DNA of 64,000 nucleotides from a virus (taxonomy: Duplodnaviria; Caudoviricetes): IMG/VR virus record IMGVR_UViG_3300009129_001428, positions 14,915 through 78,914 of that record; one strand, 5' to 3'. How positions within the stretch are numbered: the stretch's first letter is position 1; each line of letters begins with the position of its first letter. The translations under genes were made by a program, and so were the position numbers. Positions 36,260 through 46,929 of this stretch are shown in pieces. Below the pieces are notes generated by a model. The model saw only the letters and a program-made list of their open reading frames with translations. It searched no databases and was not told where the DNA came from.

Positions 36260-36988
36260 TCATGTAGTAGACCAATAGTCATAGGATTTCATCCTATCGA
36301 TTTTACAGCCTTTCCCTATTACACAATTAAAGTGAATCATTTTACAGGTTTTATCTATTCTTTCTGAGTGTTTATAATACCACGCTCCATTTGGGTATAG
36401 ATCTTTATCTAGAAGCGTGGATTTAACTTTGTTTTGGGCTATTAGTGGTCGCAGAAAGTCTTGATCATGAACCTTTGGCTTATCTTGTGTTAAAAATAGA
36501 TTTATGATATCTTTATCGAAGCTGGGGGATAGGCTAAAGAAGCCAGCACATGGCAAGTCCTCGTGGTTGGACTGTATTAATAAATGATCCTGATCCTTGT
36601 TGAGTTGATTTAATATATCTTCCTGGAAGTTATTTTTTACGACGATATCTATATCTAGGTAAGTTAGTGTTCTGCCGCTTTCTAGAATCGGTTTGGCTAT
36701 GTGGTACTTAGCAAAACAGATCCAGTTGAATTCTGGAGTGTTGAATTTTAAAAAATTGGCATGAGCCCCATATCCTAGGCGAGACGCATCTACGACATCA
36801 CAAAGTCCGCTCATTTTGTTTAGGGATTCTTTATCTACCGCAAAAAAAACAATTGGGAAATCTTGAAGCCTGCAGCTTTTCACTAAGTTGCTCGCAAGTT
36901 CTATTCCTCCAATATTACAATAAGCATAATTAACGTGGTTGTCTTTATACTCGCTAATAAATTCATTTATGCTGTTAAAGTTTTTCAT
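36260..36988 (-). CDS. nucleotide-diphospho-sugar transferase (GT77-like)
   Basis: AKYHI, YLDIDIV, CAGFF, HDQDFL, LYPNG, IHFNC...K. Confidence 0.75.
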   Translation of the reverse strand: MKNFNSINEFISEYKDNHVNYAYCNIGGIELASNLVKSCRLQDFPIVFFAVDKESLNKMSGLCDVVDASRLGYGAHANFLKFNTPEFNWICFAKYHIAKPILESGRTLTYLDIDIVVKNNFQEDILNQLNKDQDHLLIQSNHEDLPCAGFFSLSPSFDKDIINLFLTQDKPKVHDQDFLRPLIAQNKVKSTLLDKDLYPNGAWYYKHSERIDKTCKMIHFNCVIGKGCKIDRMKSYDYWSTT

Positions 36989-37025
36989 TTTTTTATGGGT
37001 TTTATCCTGGGTTTGTGATGCATAA

Positions 37026-38057
37026 TTACATATTAATTAAACCGCTTATTGTTTCAATATCAGCAAATAGATTAGCTGACCGACTAATCTTACAAAGACG
37101 GGGGAGGCACATATGGCCTAGGCGGCCCACAGGAGGAGCTCCGTTAAAGGAAGGCTCGAATTTACAGGGTATATTATAAAAATCATTATTTAATTCATGA
37201 GTTAAATAATATTCACAACTCCATTTTGCGTGAGGTAAAATGTTTCCTTGTTTATCTCTCGGTGCTTTCCACCAGCTTTCGTTAAGATCAGGATGTTGAA
37301 GCAAAAATATCTTGCTTCCTGGTTTTGATAGGAATAAAGTAGACATCCAGGCTCCATATGCACCTATAAATATATCAGACTCTAAAAAAGGGCGCACCCT
37401 TTCCGCGGGACTAAGGTTTTCCCAGAAATCGAGTGTTGCTGTAATCGTTTTAATGTTTTTCTTGCGAAAAAAATCTACAAGATCTTTTTCATTGAGTATG
37501 TGTCTGCCTGGGTGAGAGTTTTTACCTGCAAAGGTTTTAGGGTGCTGAAAAATAAAGGCTTGTTTGTTCTGCGCCTTAATAGATTTATCTCTATCTATGT
37601 TTTCATAAAAGTTATTTCTCCAATAGGTTACTAGGCTATGCCCCTTTATTTTAAAAGAAAATTCTCTATCAACACATGGGACAAACGCATTCTCAACTTT
37701 ATATAATACATCTTTATCTAAAACTGTAACCCGATTTTTAACTTCCGAAGGAAGAAGATTTAATGCCAGATATAAATGGCTATCTAAATAGCCTGCGGGA
37801 ATTAAAATGTTATCAAAATCTAAATTAAAAAAATCCGAGCCCCAACAAGCCAAGCCAAAAAAACTATAGTAATGATCATTTAAAAAATGACCTAAATTTC
37901 CTTTTACGTGCTTGAGGATTAACGACTTTCCCTTGATTAGTTTCTTTTCTTCCCCTGTTTCCAGTATGATATCATGGGATAGATCTTCTGTGGCGCGATC
38001 AAACTCATGGTTTTTTAAAAAAAAGTTTCGAACATGTTGAAAATATGGTTGCTTCAT
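37026..38057 (-). CDS. GT61/DUF563-like glycosyltransferase
   Basis: GHFLND, RHILNEKDL, DIFIGAYGAWM..LFL.KPG. Confidence 0.65.
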   Translation of the reverse strand: MKQPYFQHVRNFFLKNHEFDRATEDLSHDIILETGEEKKLIKGKSLILKHVKGNLGHFLNDHYYSFFGLACWGSDFFNLDFDNILIPAGYLDSHLYLALNLLPSEVKNRVTVLDKDVLYKVENAFVPCVDREFSFKIKGHSLVTYWRNNFYENIDRDKSIKAQNKQAFIFQHPKTFAGKNSHPGRHILNEKDLVDFFRKKNIKTITATLDFWENLSPAERVRPFLESDIFIGAYGAWMSTLFLSKPGSKIFLLQHPDLNESWWKAPRDKQGNILPHAKWSCEYYLTHELNNDFYNIPCKFEPSFNGAPPVGRLGHMCLPRLCKISRSANLFADIETISGLINM

Positions 38058-38134
38058 TATTAATTAATCTATGGCTGATCCGTAAAACATGATAAAATTT
38101 CATCGGCAATAGCTGGCTTTGTGCTCTCGATGCA

Positions 38135-38791
38135 TTAGAGGGTGGAAAGAAAATTGTCGACCATCTGTTTTTTGCTTAGGTGGAACTCTCTTTTCCATGG
38201 CGGTGTATTCTGTATGGCCATTTGCGGGGTTACACAGAATGAGTTTAAGTTTGCAGGGAGCCATATATCATTAGTGGGGCACCTTTCTGGGTCAAATTCA
38301 TTTATAATTTTATCAAAAATGCTAGAATGGTAAGCGCTGGCAGCTTGGTTGCAGAGTGGGTGATTAAGCTCCTTTTTAAATTCGACAAGGCTCGGGTGTC
38401 GCCTACACACGAGCCCTAGCTCCCGTCCTTCCTCTAGGTGTTGTAGGCTGCCGTGATAAGTATAACTCATTCTCAGGAAATCCCACTGATTATTGGTTAA
38501 ATAAGGAATAATGGAATTTAATGCAGATGTATCAAAATCAATAAACTCCACGTCATCTTCAAATACAAATACCGAATCTAGCCCTCTTTTTTTTGCTTCT
38601 TTGACTATGTTTAAGTGGGAGAAGCCGCAACCCTTAGGTCCCTTGGCGTGAGATACGGCTGGGAATCTAGTTACATTTAAAATACCATAAGCATTCATCG
38701 TCTCATAGAAAGATTGAAGACGGTTTTCTTGGCTATCTACATTGATAACAAATCTATCACCAAAAAATGAAAAAAATGTATTATTGCTCAT
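38135..38791 (-). CDS. GT25-like glycosyltransferase
   Basis: VINVDSQENR, RFPAV, GCGFSH, VFVFEDDV, DIW. Confidence 0.75.
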   Translation of the reverse strand: MSNNTFFSFFGDRFVINVDSQENRLQSFYETMNAYGILNVTRFPAVSHAKGPKGCGFSHLNIVKEAKKRGLDSVFVFEDDVEFIDFDTSALNSIIPYLTNNQWDFLRMSYTYHGSLQHLEEGRELGLVCRRHPSLVEFKKELNHPLCNQAASAYHSSIFDKIINEFDPERCPTNDIWLPANLNSFCVTPQMAIQNTPPWKREFHLSKKQMVDNFLSTL

Positions 38792-38800
38792 TTAAAAACA

Positions 38801-39406
38801 TTATATTTTATAATACCTATTTATGATTTGTGACAGCTGCTTATTTTCTTTCAGCTTATTGATTTGACCGCTATCCAAAAAGTTTTTGTAATCTGTCTCT
38901 CCCAGGTTTTTAGATACACTCCAGGTGTGCCAGTGTTGCGCTTCTGGCCCTGTCTTTTTTAGCTGCTTACACGCTTCCTTGACTCGCTTTATGTTAAATT
39001 GTTTATTAAGCTCCTTTTGCTTGTCGGTTGAGATGGGGGAGCCCGAAGCTTTTTCGATAGCTTGATATATTAATTCAAAATTGCCCACAAAATTTTCATA
39101 AAATAGTAGCTCTGAATCTCTTGGGGGGAAATTATCTTTACTAATGACAGAGCCTCCGTGATTGAGATATTCTGTAACATGTTCTTCTAGAGCTTCATCT
39201 GTAATGCTCGCCTCAGAATATCTCAGAATTGAAGAAACAATTGAATTGTAAGGGTGACGAATGGTAACTATATAAAAGGCTTTAGGATCAGCCTTTGTGA
39301 GATGATGATGTTTATGCACGGGCAAATCAACTGTATTGCTTAATAGGTTATATACTAAGGTCGACCCGCTTCTGATTGGGCTAAACTGAATGATGTATTC
39401 TTTCAT
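38801..39406 (-). CDS. sulfotransferase-like P-loop protein
   Basis: FSPIRSGSTLVYNLL, IRHPYNSIVS, FYENF. Confidence 0.65.
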   Translation of the reverse strand: MKEYIIQFSPIRSGSTLVYNLLSNTVDLPVHKHHHLTKADPKAFYIVTIRHPYNSIVSSILRYSEASITDEALEEHVTEYLNHGGSVISKDNFPPRDSELLFYENFVGNFELIYQAIEKASGSPISTDKQKELNKQFNIKRVKEACKQLKKTGPEAQHWHTWSVSKNLGETDYKNFLDSGQINKLKENKQLSQIINRYYKI

Positions 39407-39408
39407 TT

Positions 39409-40431
39409 TTAAATTAAATTATTTAATTTATCTATTGGAATACTTATATTAAGAGCGCTATCGCATGGTAGTTCTACCGATGTATAGTCAAGCCCCATAA
39501 TATCCTTCATGCTTTTATAGCAAGTGTTAACGTAGTCTTCTGCAAAAAATTCTATGATTTTTGTCCCCTTTTTGCAAAAAAGAAAGTTTTTTATCATCGC
39601 TCCGTGCGCCCCTACTATAATGCTTGCGTTACTAAAATGCTGTATATGACTTTTTAAGCCTTCGTTCCCAAATAAAATTTTAAAGCCTTGATTTTTTAAA
39701 TTTGCTATAACCTGCTCTTCGTTTATTACAGTCCTTTGGGCTGTCTTGCGGGCAAGATATAATTTTACCTCAGGCGTCTCCGAGGTTTTTAGTTTAAAAT
39801 ATTTTTTTCTTAAATAATCAACCCCTCGTGCGGACATTAAAGAAGGGTAGGCGGTGCAAGATGGATAATATAAAACTGGTACATGGTATGCGTGGTTGGA
39901 AAATTTTCTATGCAAATCTAATTGCTCTATATCTTTCTGCTCAAATCCAAAAAGCTTAAAATGCAATTCTATATCTTTTACTGGTCCATGCAGCGGAGGA
40001 GTAATTAGCTTTTTAGACGCTAAATTTAAAGATTCTATTTTCTCCAGGTCTTGAAAGGTATCCCATAGGTGACCATAAACATAATGATTAAAATATTGAT
40101 GGCCATAAATGTAATTTATGCCTTCTTTTAGTTTGGTTATTTTTGTGGCAGAAAGTTTTTGTTTATGTATATCATTCCGCACTTGCATGGGATGGTCTGG
40201 TCTTTTAAGGTCGTCTGAAAGGTTTTTCCAAAAAATATAATTAAAATTTGCTTCTAAAATAATATTCTTATCCGAATCAAAAATTGCTCCTTCTGGGCCA
40301 AGATATACATTCTCAAGCTTCAAAATATATTGCGGCCAATTTTTTTTATAAGATTCAGGGGTCGCGCCTCCAAAACAGTCTCCGTCTTTGGGTTTAATAA
40401 TAAACCGCTCTGATATGCTTATAGAAGCCAT
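39409..40431 (-). CDS. GT61/DUF563-like glycosyltransferase
   Basis: YGHLW, LYLARK, RTVINEEQV, IIVGAHGAMIKNFLFC, IIEF. Confidence 0.8.
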   Translation of the reverse strand: MASISISERFIIKPKDGDCFGGATPESYKKNWPQYILKLENVYLGPEGAIFDSDKNIILEANFNYIFWKNLSDDLKRPDHPMQVRNDIHKQKLSATKITKLKEGINYIYGHQYFNHYVYGHLWDTFQDLEKIESLNLASKKLITPPLHGPVKDIELHFKLFGFEQKDIEQLDLHRKFSNHAYHVPVLYYPSCTAYPSLMSARGVDYLRKKYFKLKTSETPEVKLYLARKTAQRTVINEEQVIANLKNQGFKILFGNEGLKSHIQHFSNASIIVGAHGAMIKNFLFCKKGTKIIEFFAEDYVNTCYKSMKDIMGLDYTSVELPCDSALNISIPIDKLNNLI

Positions 40432-40443
40432 AAGTTTAGATTT

Positions 40444-41133
40444 TTAAAAAATATATTTAAATTCGCATATATCTTCTTCATAAAATTGTTCTATACGGCT
40501 TTTGTCTTTTTTGTTGTACATTTCTTTATAAGGAATTCTTTTTTCGCTGTGATGTTTGTGATGAGGCAAGGTAAGTGTTGATAAATTTAGCTCTTGTTGT
40601 ATTTTATTAAAATCTTCCTGTAAGTTTTCAAATCTTCCCACAAATATATTGGGGTATAATGTTCCATCGACATTACTTTCTAAGTATTTTTTATTTAGGT
40701 GGGGTATATATTCTACCTGCTTAAATCTAAGGTGAAATGTATCAAACCCTGTTATGTTTGGATGAGAAAAATTATGATTCTCACGGTTTTTATAGCATTC
40801 TTCTGCTAGCAAAGTGTAATCTGAAAAAGACACAATTTTCAAACCCTCCCTTTTTCGTATAGCTAGCGAGTGCAAGTATAAAGAGACAAACCTATCCCAA
40901 GGATTTCGCACAAACGCAATTAATTTAAAGTGTGGATTCGCCTCAATCGTACGAGCTAGTTGGGAGCCTCGAATAGGAAAAAATACATCCTTAATTTTTT
41001 TAGCTTCTTCGGCGTGAGTGTCATGAAAATTCCATGCGTATCCTCCTTCTAGCCTTGAGAAACTATCTTCCATACTCTCTCCTGCCGTTTTAGGTATATG
41101 AATAAAAATAAACCTATGTTTCTTTGAAATCAT
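40444..41133 (-). CDS. sulfotransferase family 2 protein
   Basis: FIFIHIPKTAGES, FVRNPWDRFVSLY, VGRFENLQEDF, EEDI..F.Y. Confidence 0.88.
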   Translation of the reverse strand: MISKKHRFIFIHIPKTAGESMEDSFSRLEGGYAWNFHDTHAEEAKKIKDVFFPIRGSQLARTIEANPHFKLIAFVRNPWDRFVSLYLHSLAIRKREGLKIVSFSDYTLLAEECYKNRENHNFSHPNITGFDTFHLRFKQVEYIPHLNKKYLESNVDGTLYPNIFVGRFENLQEDFNKIQQELNLSTLTLPHHKHHSEKRIPYKEMYNKKDKSRIEQFYEEDICEFKYIF

Positions 41134-41134
41134 A

Positions 41135-41968
41135 TTAAGTGTCCGTTTTATATTTAATAATATTTGATTCTGGACAAAAAAACTTTGCCCTCCCTTCTGG
41201 AATTACAGTTTTCCCTTTTGTTTTGTAAAGAGTTATTGCTTCGGAAAACCCTGATACCGATGCAATAAAAAAATCGCTCTCTATACATGTTTGAAACTGC
41301 AGAAGAGTGCTCGTGGCGGATTTTTCACTAGGAATATATTTTATAATGCCATTTTTGTAATTAAAAAATTTATATACATCTACAGCTTCACATTTTTCAT
41401 TTACATACTGACCTGTCCAGTCTGCGTCAGAATATATGTAAAGTAAGAAGTTTTGAATATTATAAGTCTCTAGTAAATAGTCTAAAGCATTTTTAAAATA
41501 TATGTCTGGCAATAATCTATCTTCCATGGGATGTTCACTACCTTCCCATTTTCTATTACATGCAATATCTCCCCTCCTGATAGACATAGAAATTGTTGTT
41601 ACGTCTTTAGAGCATTCTTGCTGTACCCGCAAGACTCTGTTTTTATAACAAGACAAAAGATAAGGTCTCGTTAAGGAAAAGTCTTCACACACGTTGTCGC
41701 AGCTATCCTGAGGGTGATATTTAACTCTTTCTATCTGTTTGGGAAATGACTTTTCTAATTCTCCGCGCATCTCCGAGCAGTTTGGTAAGCCTAATGCAGC
41801 CTCTAATAAGCCTCGCTGCCCTAATCCATGCCCTAATTGCATTAAAGAAGGAATAAAGCACTGATTATCGCTGATCGCTTGATTTAAGCCACTGTTATAG
41901 CTAAAGAGCGTGTGGCCTATGCCCGCCCCTCGCACTATATTATCATAAAATAAATATTTTGTTTTCAT
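41135..41968 (-). CDS. GT11-like alpha-1,2-fucosyltransferase-like protein
   Basis: GIGH, SIRRGD (HxRRGD-like), YIYSD, FIASVSGFS; start at MKTKYLF. Confidence 0.6.
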   Translation of the reverse strand: MKTKYLFYDNIVRGAGIGHTLFSYNSGLNQAISDNQCFIPSLMQLGHGLGQRGLLEAALGLPNCSEMRGELEKSFPKQIERVKYHPQDSCDNVCEDFSLTRPYLLSCYKNRVLRVQQECSKDVTTISMSIRRGDIACNRKWEGSEHPMEDRLLPDIYFKNALDYLLETYNIQNFLLYIYSDADWTGQYVNEKCEAVDVYKFFNYKNGIIKYIPSEKSATSTLLQFQTCIESDFFIASVSGFSEAITLYKTKGKTVIPEGRAKFFCPESNIIKYKTDT

Positions 41969-41972
41969 AATA

Positions 41973-42950
41973 CTACGCAGACATGTCTCTAAAGCCTTTT
42001 CGCCCTTCAGAATCCCAAAAGAAATAAGGGATACCAAAATATTGGGCTGCACTTTCTGTGAAAGATGTCCCGCTGCAATATATAAAATTAGATTTTCCAA
42101 TAATTAACCAGTCTTTAATTGGTAAAAGAGGATAGGTACTAGACATTTTTTTTACTGCCTCCGACGAGGAATGAAGGAACCCTCTATTTTCGCAGCATTC
42201 GCACTTAGGGTTATTCATCGTCTTAATATCTAAATGTGGGCAAAGTTTTTGAATGGAATGACAAATATACTGCGTTATTCCTGGATCATCGCTTGTTACG
42301 AAAACGTTTTTGTTTTTGGAATATTTATCATACGTTTCGGGAAAATTAAAAATAAATTCATCTAAATAATGAATTCCTTCCCAGCCTGCATCAGAAAATG
42401 CGCGAAATTGAACTACTGAATATTCTGATTTTAAATCAACTGGACAAAATAAAGGTAAGCTCTTCCAGTTTTCAGACAGAGAGGGGAAAAGTTCATGAAA
42501 TAATTTTTGGGAAAGTTTTTGTGATTGAAGTTCTGCAAAGCAATCAAAGTCTTGCTGTAATTCTTTTTTATAAATCGGATTTTGAAATATCTCATAAAGC
42601 ATAGGCTTGCCTCCACCACATTCAATTGCTTCGTCAGTAATTGAATTAAAATCTGTTTGTTGAAAATCAATATCAATACTTAACATATTCGGTTCTCTAC
42701 ACGATTCTTTAAAAAAAGATCTTTCCTCATCAGGGGTGTTTATATCGTTTAATGCGCTCGTAGGCTGGGGTAGATTAGGGAAATTTTTAACATTAAATGG
42801 GGAGTTAAATGCGAAATTTATAAGCGTGTTGTTTAATATGAATTGCCTATTCAATATTTTACTTAATCGATACCAGCCTATCAATGCACGAAGCTGATTT
42901 CCAAAACCATACCGAACCTTGTCGCCAAAGACTAAATATTTTTGTTTCAT
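41973..42950 (-). CDS. O-fucosyltransferase/NodZ (GT23)-like protein
   Basis: GFGNQL, VVQFR, VFVTSDD, DWLII.KS, TSF. Confidence 0.6.
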   Translation of the reverse strand: MKQKYLVFGDKVRYGFGNQLRALIGWYRLSKILNRQFILNNTLINFAFNSPFNVKNFPNLPQPTSALNDINTPDEERSFFKESCREPNMLSIDIDFQQTDFNSITDEAIECGGGKPMLYEIFQNPIYKKELQQDFDCFAELQSQKLSQKLFHELFPSLSENWKSLPLFCPVDLKSEYSVVQFRAFSDAGWEGIHYLDEFIFNFPETYDKYSKNKNVFVTSDDPGITQYICHSIQKLCPHLDIKTMNNPKCECCENRGFLHSSSEAVKKMSSTYPLLPIKDWLIIGKSNFIYCSGTSFTESAAQYFGIPYFFWDSEGRKGFRDMSA

Positions 42951-43025
42951 ATATTATTCAAAATAATTTTTAACATCATTAATATGAGGACACCATTGAG
43001 AGGCTTCGTTACAATACCATTGCTT

Positions 43026-44060
43026 TTATTTTTCAAAATATTGCTCGAGCCTATTCTCGTGAATTGTAAAATCGTGCTGCTCCCAATGTTTTAAGTAATT
43101 ATTTTCGCAAAGAACTTGTTCTGCTGATAAGTTCTGGCAACCTATTTTATTTAGAGACTCTTCTATTATCTCTTTAAATTTATTCCTGTACTTAATTGCT
43201 TGCTCGATATGCATTAATCTAATTTTTTCTCTATCCCATTTCCTTGAGCACGCTTCCTCCACAGCGTCTTTAACCGCATCTTCAGAGTCTTCGCAAATAA
43301 TGGAGTTCTCCGAATTATACCAAACATCTCTTCCTCCCGAAGATTTAGTTGAGACTACAGGTGTGCCGCTCATTAGGTATTCCGAAGAAGCTCTGCAGGC
43401 CCCTTCTTCGGGAGATAAAATTAACCCACAGTTAGAACTTCCACATAGGATGGAAATTTCTTCTTTGTTTAAAAATTCATGCGGGTTATTTAAGCACTTG
43501 GGCAACTCCACTACATTTTCTGTCCAGGTTTTATCTCCAGCGGCCAGCGCTAGTCTTTTAATTTTTGCAGCCAAATAGTGCCGCTTGAATTCAACCGCTC
43601 GAGCTAGATAAAATGCGTCATATTTTTTAGGCAATTCCTGTATGGAAAAATCATTCTCCTCTAGCCAACAATTGTTGTTTATAACTTCTCCACGGAAACC
43701 AAAGCGAGCTCCGTTAGCTAATTCTTCTGGGCTATTATAAAGCACAAAGAACTGGCTTCTGTTTAACTCTAGAGCATCAAACATCGCATCCGCTTGTCGG
43801 GCTATGTATTTTGAAAAATTCCAGCCGCACGAAACAAAAAAGAGATCTGATTCCCTGAAGCTTTTGGCATAATCCTTCAGCCACCTGTAGTTATGCGTTA
43901 GGTTTGAGATGAAAAATATCCTTGCTTCTTTTGATTTTGACAGGCATAGAAATGGGAAGTCTGGATTTGGCCATGTGTAAATTGGGTGCGGGCCAAGCCA
44001 AACCCAGTGGTCTTCTTCGCGACACTTTTGGTCGCTATTTTTTTCAATATAGCGGGTCAT
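43026..44060 (-). CDS. GT-B (GT4-like) glycosyltransferase
   Basis: KRHYLA, LILSPEEGACRASSEYLMSGTPVVST (EX7E motif). Confidence 0.75.
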   Translation of the reverse strand: MTRYIEKNSDQKCREEDHWVWLGPHPIYTWPNPDFPFLCLSKSKEARIFFISNLTHNYRWLKDYAKSFRESDLFFVSCGWNFSKYIARQADAMFDALELNRSQFFVLYNSPEELANGARFGFRGEVINNNCWLEENDFSIQELPKKYDAFYLARAVEFKRHYLAAKIKRLALAAGDKTWTENVVELPKCLNNPHEFLNKEEISILCGSSNCGLILSPEEGACRASSEYLMSGTPVVSTKSSGGRDVWYNSENSIICEDSEDAVKDAVEEACSRKWDREKIRLMHIEQAIKYRNKFKEIIEESLNKIGCQNLSAEQVLCENNYLKHWEQHDFTIHENRLEQYFEK

Positions 44061-45021
44061 AATACTCCCTTATGTTTTGCACAAAATTTTCTCCTGAACA
44101 TTTCTTGTATGCTTCTAATCCTTTTTGTCTTAGTTCGTGTTCTTGGCTTTCGCTAATCGAAGATAAAGTCTTTCGTAGCTTATTGTAATCTTTCTCGGGA
44201 ACTTTTATAATGCAGTCGTCCCAGTTAGTGCCATTGATTTCGGGGAACATCATGTTGTCCGCAAGTATTACAGGGATCGCGCCGCTAGCTAAGCTCTCTA
44301 GGAAACGAATTGAATTCGGACCAGAACCGCTTGGGCATAAAGAAAAACGTGAACGAGTTAAGGCCTCTCTATAAAACTTAGACTTCTCTTTGTTTAAGTA
44401 TTCTTGAACTCGAGAGGCTTTTTGTTTTTTAACCTGTTTCTGATATACATCCAAGTCAAATTGCCACCCTTTTCTTTCTATTACTATTGCGTTACGCGGA
44501 TGCTTGTCTTGAAATATTTTTCTCCTAATGTCTGAGACATAAATTTTTTCATTGTAGGAACCCACAAAAGAATACCATAAGTCTTTTTCTTTCTTGGGCT
44601 CTCCAATATTTACTGGCCATAGAAATATTGGTTCTATTTTTATTCCTTCAATCTCTTGACTATCTGAATCGTGAAAATAATCTTTGGTCGTTAGGCCGCG
44701 CCCTTTAACCATGTGGGGTGCGAATATAGTTTTTATACCAATCTTTTTTGCAATGGGAATAATTTGATAAAACTTGTCGTGCTGGCATACTGTAAATGCA
44801 TTTTTAAAAGCATAATCATTAGCGAACGCTTCAACCTTATTTCTGATATAGCCATAGTCTTGCGCGGTTCCAAAGCAAGCTTTATCAATAAAAGTTGACC
44901 AAGCAAAAGAAAAAAAAGTAATGTCTTTGTCTAAGGGATTTAGCTCTAGAAGTTCATGAGCCTTCTGTTCTGTTAGTACAGGTCTCTGCCAGTCGATAAA
45001 GTCCTCATGAATCAGCTTCAC
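44044..45021 (-). CDS. exostosin-family (GT47) glycosyltransferase
   Basis: YSFVG, SRFSLCPSGSGPNSIRFLESLASGAIPVIL. Confidence 0.85.
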   Translation of the reverse strand: MKLIHEDFIDWQRPVLTEQKAHELLELNPLDKDITFFSFAWSTFIDKACFGTAQDYGYIRNKVEAFANDYAFKNAFTVCQHDKFYQIIPIAKKIGIKTIFAPHMVKGRGLTTKDYFHDSDSQEIEGIKIEPIFLWPVNIGEPKKEKDLWYSFVGSYNEKIYVSDIRRKIFQDKHPRNAIVIERKGWQFDLDVYQKQVKKQKASRVQEYLNKEKSKFYREALTRSRFSLCPSGSGPNSIRFLESLASGAIPVILADNMMFPEINGTNWDDCIIKVPEKDYNKLRKTLSSISESQEHELRQKGLEAYKKCSGENFVQNIREYYDPLY

Positions 45022-45518
45022 TAAACAAGATATAAATTTGATACATAAAAATGAGGTTTATTTACTCCAATCAGTTTAATTAATCTAGCTTTCGTCTCGT
45101 CAAATTCAGTATTATAAAAAGCCTTTAAAGGGATAGCTACCTCGCATTCTTCTCCTGATGTAATTCCACTAAGCTGAGAAATTTCCACTTCCTCCGAAGT
45201 CCTTTCTTTTTCATCTATAAAAGCCACCCTTAAGCCTACACCATCTTCCTGGTAGAAAGTAAACTTTACCTCGGAATACTGCCTAATGTCCTGAGAGGCC
45301 CACTGGGCTTTATCTAGGGCTAAGACCCCGCAAAACCAATCGTCTTCCGACTCTGTATACTTGAGTGCGAGTCGAGGTACTCCAGCTATGTTCTCCACGG
45401 GGACCTTTTCTGGCTCACTTGTCTCTAAATTACAAGACCAGCTTGCATCTACTACTTTCTTTAGGAACACCCTAGGAGAAAAGATGTTTAACATTTTAGT
45501 TTTATTTGAAATTAACAT
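45021..45518 (-). CDS. galactose-binding-like (CBM11/CIA30-like) domain protein
   Basis: DIRQYSEVKF.F....LRVAFID......VAIPLKAF....FD..KAR.I pattern. Confidence 0.45.
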   Translation of the reverse strand: MLISNKTKMLNIFSPRVFLKKVVDASWSCNLETSEPEKVPVENIAGVPRLALKYTESEDDWFCGVLALDKAQWASQDIRQYSEVKFTFYQEDGVGLRVAFIDEKERTSEEVEISQLSGITSGEECEVAIPLKAFYNTEFDETKARLIKLIGVNKPHFYVSNLYLV

Positions 45519-46927
45519 AGCTCTAATAATCCGTCGTCATTTATGTACGATATTTTTGTAATATTTTTATGTTTATGTTTGTTCGTTGAGAAATAATCAA
45601 AAGGCTCAAGTCCTTCCGACCGATACGTTTCTCCTTTATAATCGTTCTTGTTTAGGCTTTTTAAAGAAATAAATTTAATTTTTTCAAAGCCATTTAGAAG
45701 ATGCATGCCAATGTTTTTTAACGTCAACTCTTGGTCTAGTCTTTGGGTTTTATTTCCTTTATGCATTATTGGATAATAATTACAATCAAATAAATCCTCT
45801 CTGATCTGCTTGTTGCTTTTTACTAAATCTATAATTGCAATATCACAATCCATGTGCCTATCTATAAAATGAGCAAGCTTTTTTATATTAAATTTAGATC
45901 CTGTGTCATTGTAAATAATTACTCCAGTTTTCTTTTCTACAGATAGTAGGTTTATATCGGTTAGGCCGTTAGCTTTAGCCTCCGAAAATAAACTTTGGTT
46001 ATACTGGCCTCCTATTGTTAAGCTATTTATATCCCACTCCTTCGGGTGATCAATATGATAAACATCCTTTATGTTTTCGGTAGTCGTATGCAGTTTCTGG
46101 CAAATGCCTGAAAGAGCTGTGTCCCAATGGGGCTCACCTATAATAAAATCAGGAATATATTCTCTAATGCTCAGGTATGTTTTCTTTTTAAACGCAAATG
46201 CATCTCTGCCTGTGGTATAAGGCCATGACTCCCCCTTAAATAAATCCTCTAATGATTTGGCAGAGGGACAATCTCTCCTGATGTACTCTACTATGTCTGA
46301 GTTGTCTTCTAGTAGGTTGTTATAAAAATCATTAGTTATGGGGCAATCTAGATTAGAATATACAATATAATCACTGTCTGAGGCGAGCTCTGCTGCGGCG
46401 TCCAACATGTCCTTGAGAAATAAAAAGTCTTTAGTATGCTGGATTGTATTGGCCGCATTCCGAATTAGTATTCTAGTCTTCCATCCAGGCTTTTTAAGGG
46501 CTACGCTTGAACATCCCAAAAGCTGCACGCAACTGGATGACTTGGCCGCCTGCTCTATGGACTCAAGCGTTAAAGAGGTCCTGTGGTATAGTGACTGGTT
46601 TTTTTGGGCTGGAATAAATAAATTAACTACATGAATAATTTTAGAAGCCTTTTTAGAAGAAGAATCTATCTTGAGGCTGGGCGGAGCGACGTCATCACGA
46701 GGGATTTCTAGTTTGTGGCTGCGTTTTGCAGTAGCGCTCACCTCATCTTCAGAATAATTCAATTTCTTGCCAGTGGATATGGCAACCCCTTGAATTTTCG
46801 AGCGAAGAACTTTGTCTCTATTGATGATGGTCTCATCAATAATGTTATTTATATTAAAAAGGAAGCTATGCCACCAGTAAGCCGCCGCATTTAAAATGCG
46901 CGATACGAACCTCCTCGCTGCCCGCAT
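45512..46927 (-). CDS. glycosyltransferase-like protein
   Basis: YIVYSNLD, GRDAFAF, IGEPHWD, YHIDH; lies in the glycan island. Confidence 0.5.
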   Translation of the reverse strand: MRAARRFVSRILNAAAYWWHSFLFNINNIIDETIINRDKVLRSKIQGVAISTGKKLNYSEDEVSATAKRSHKLEIPRDDVAPPSLKIDSSSKKASKIIHVVNLFIPAQKNQSLYHRTSLTLESIEQAAKSSSCVQLLGCSSVALKKPGWKTRILIRNAANTIQHTKDFLFLKDMLDAAAELASDSDYIVYSNLDCPITNDFYNNLLEDNSDIVEYIRRDCPSAKSLEDLFKGESWPYTTGRDAFAFKKKTYLSIREYIPDFIIGEPHWDTALSGICQKLHTTTENIKDVYHIDHPKEWDINSLTIGGQYNQSLFSEAKANGLTDINLLSVEKKTGVIIYNDTGSKFNIKKLAHFIDRHMDCDIAIIDLVKSNKQIREDLFDCNYYPIMHKGNKTQRLDQELTLKNIGMHLLNGFEKIKFISLKSLNKNDYKGETYRSEGLEPFDYFSTNKHKHKNITKISYINDDGLLELC

Positions 46928-46929
46928 TA

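Noticed and set aside
38070-38137. In-frame tail (CIESTKPAIADEILSCFTDQP) after the TAA of the GT25 gene, suggesting read-through or a premature stop
   Set aside because: Only 21 codons, which could be chance; not supportable without homologues.
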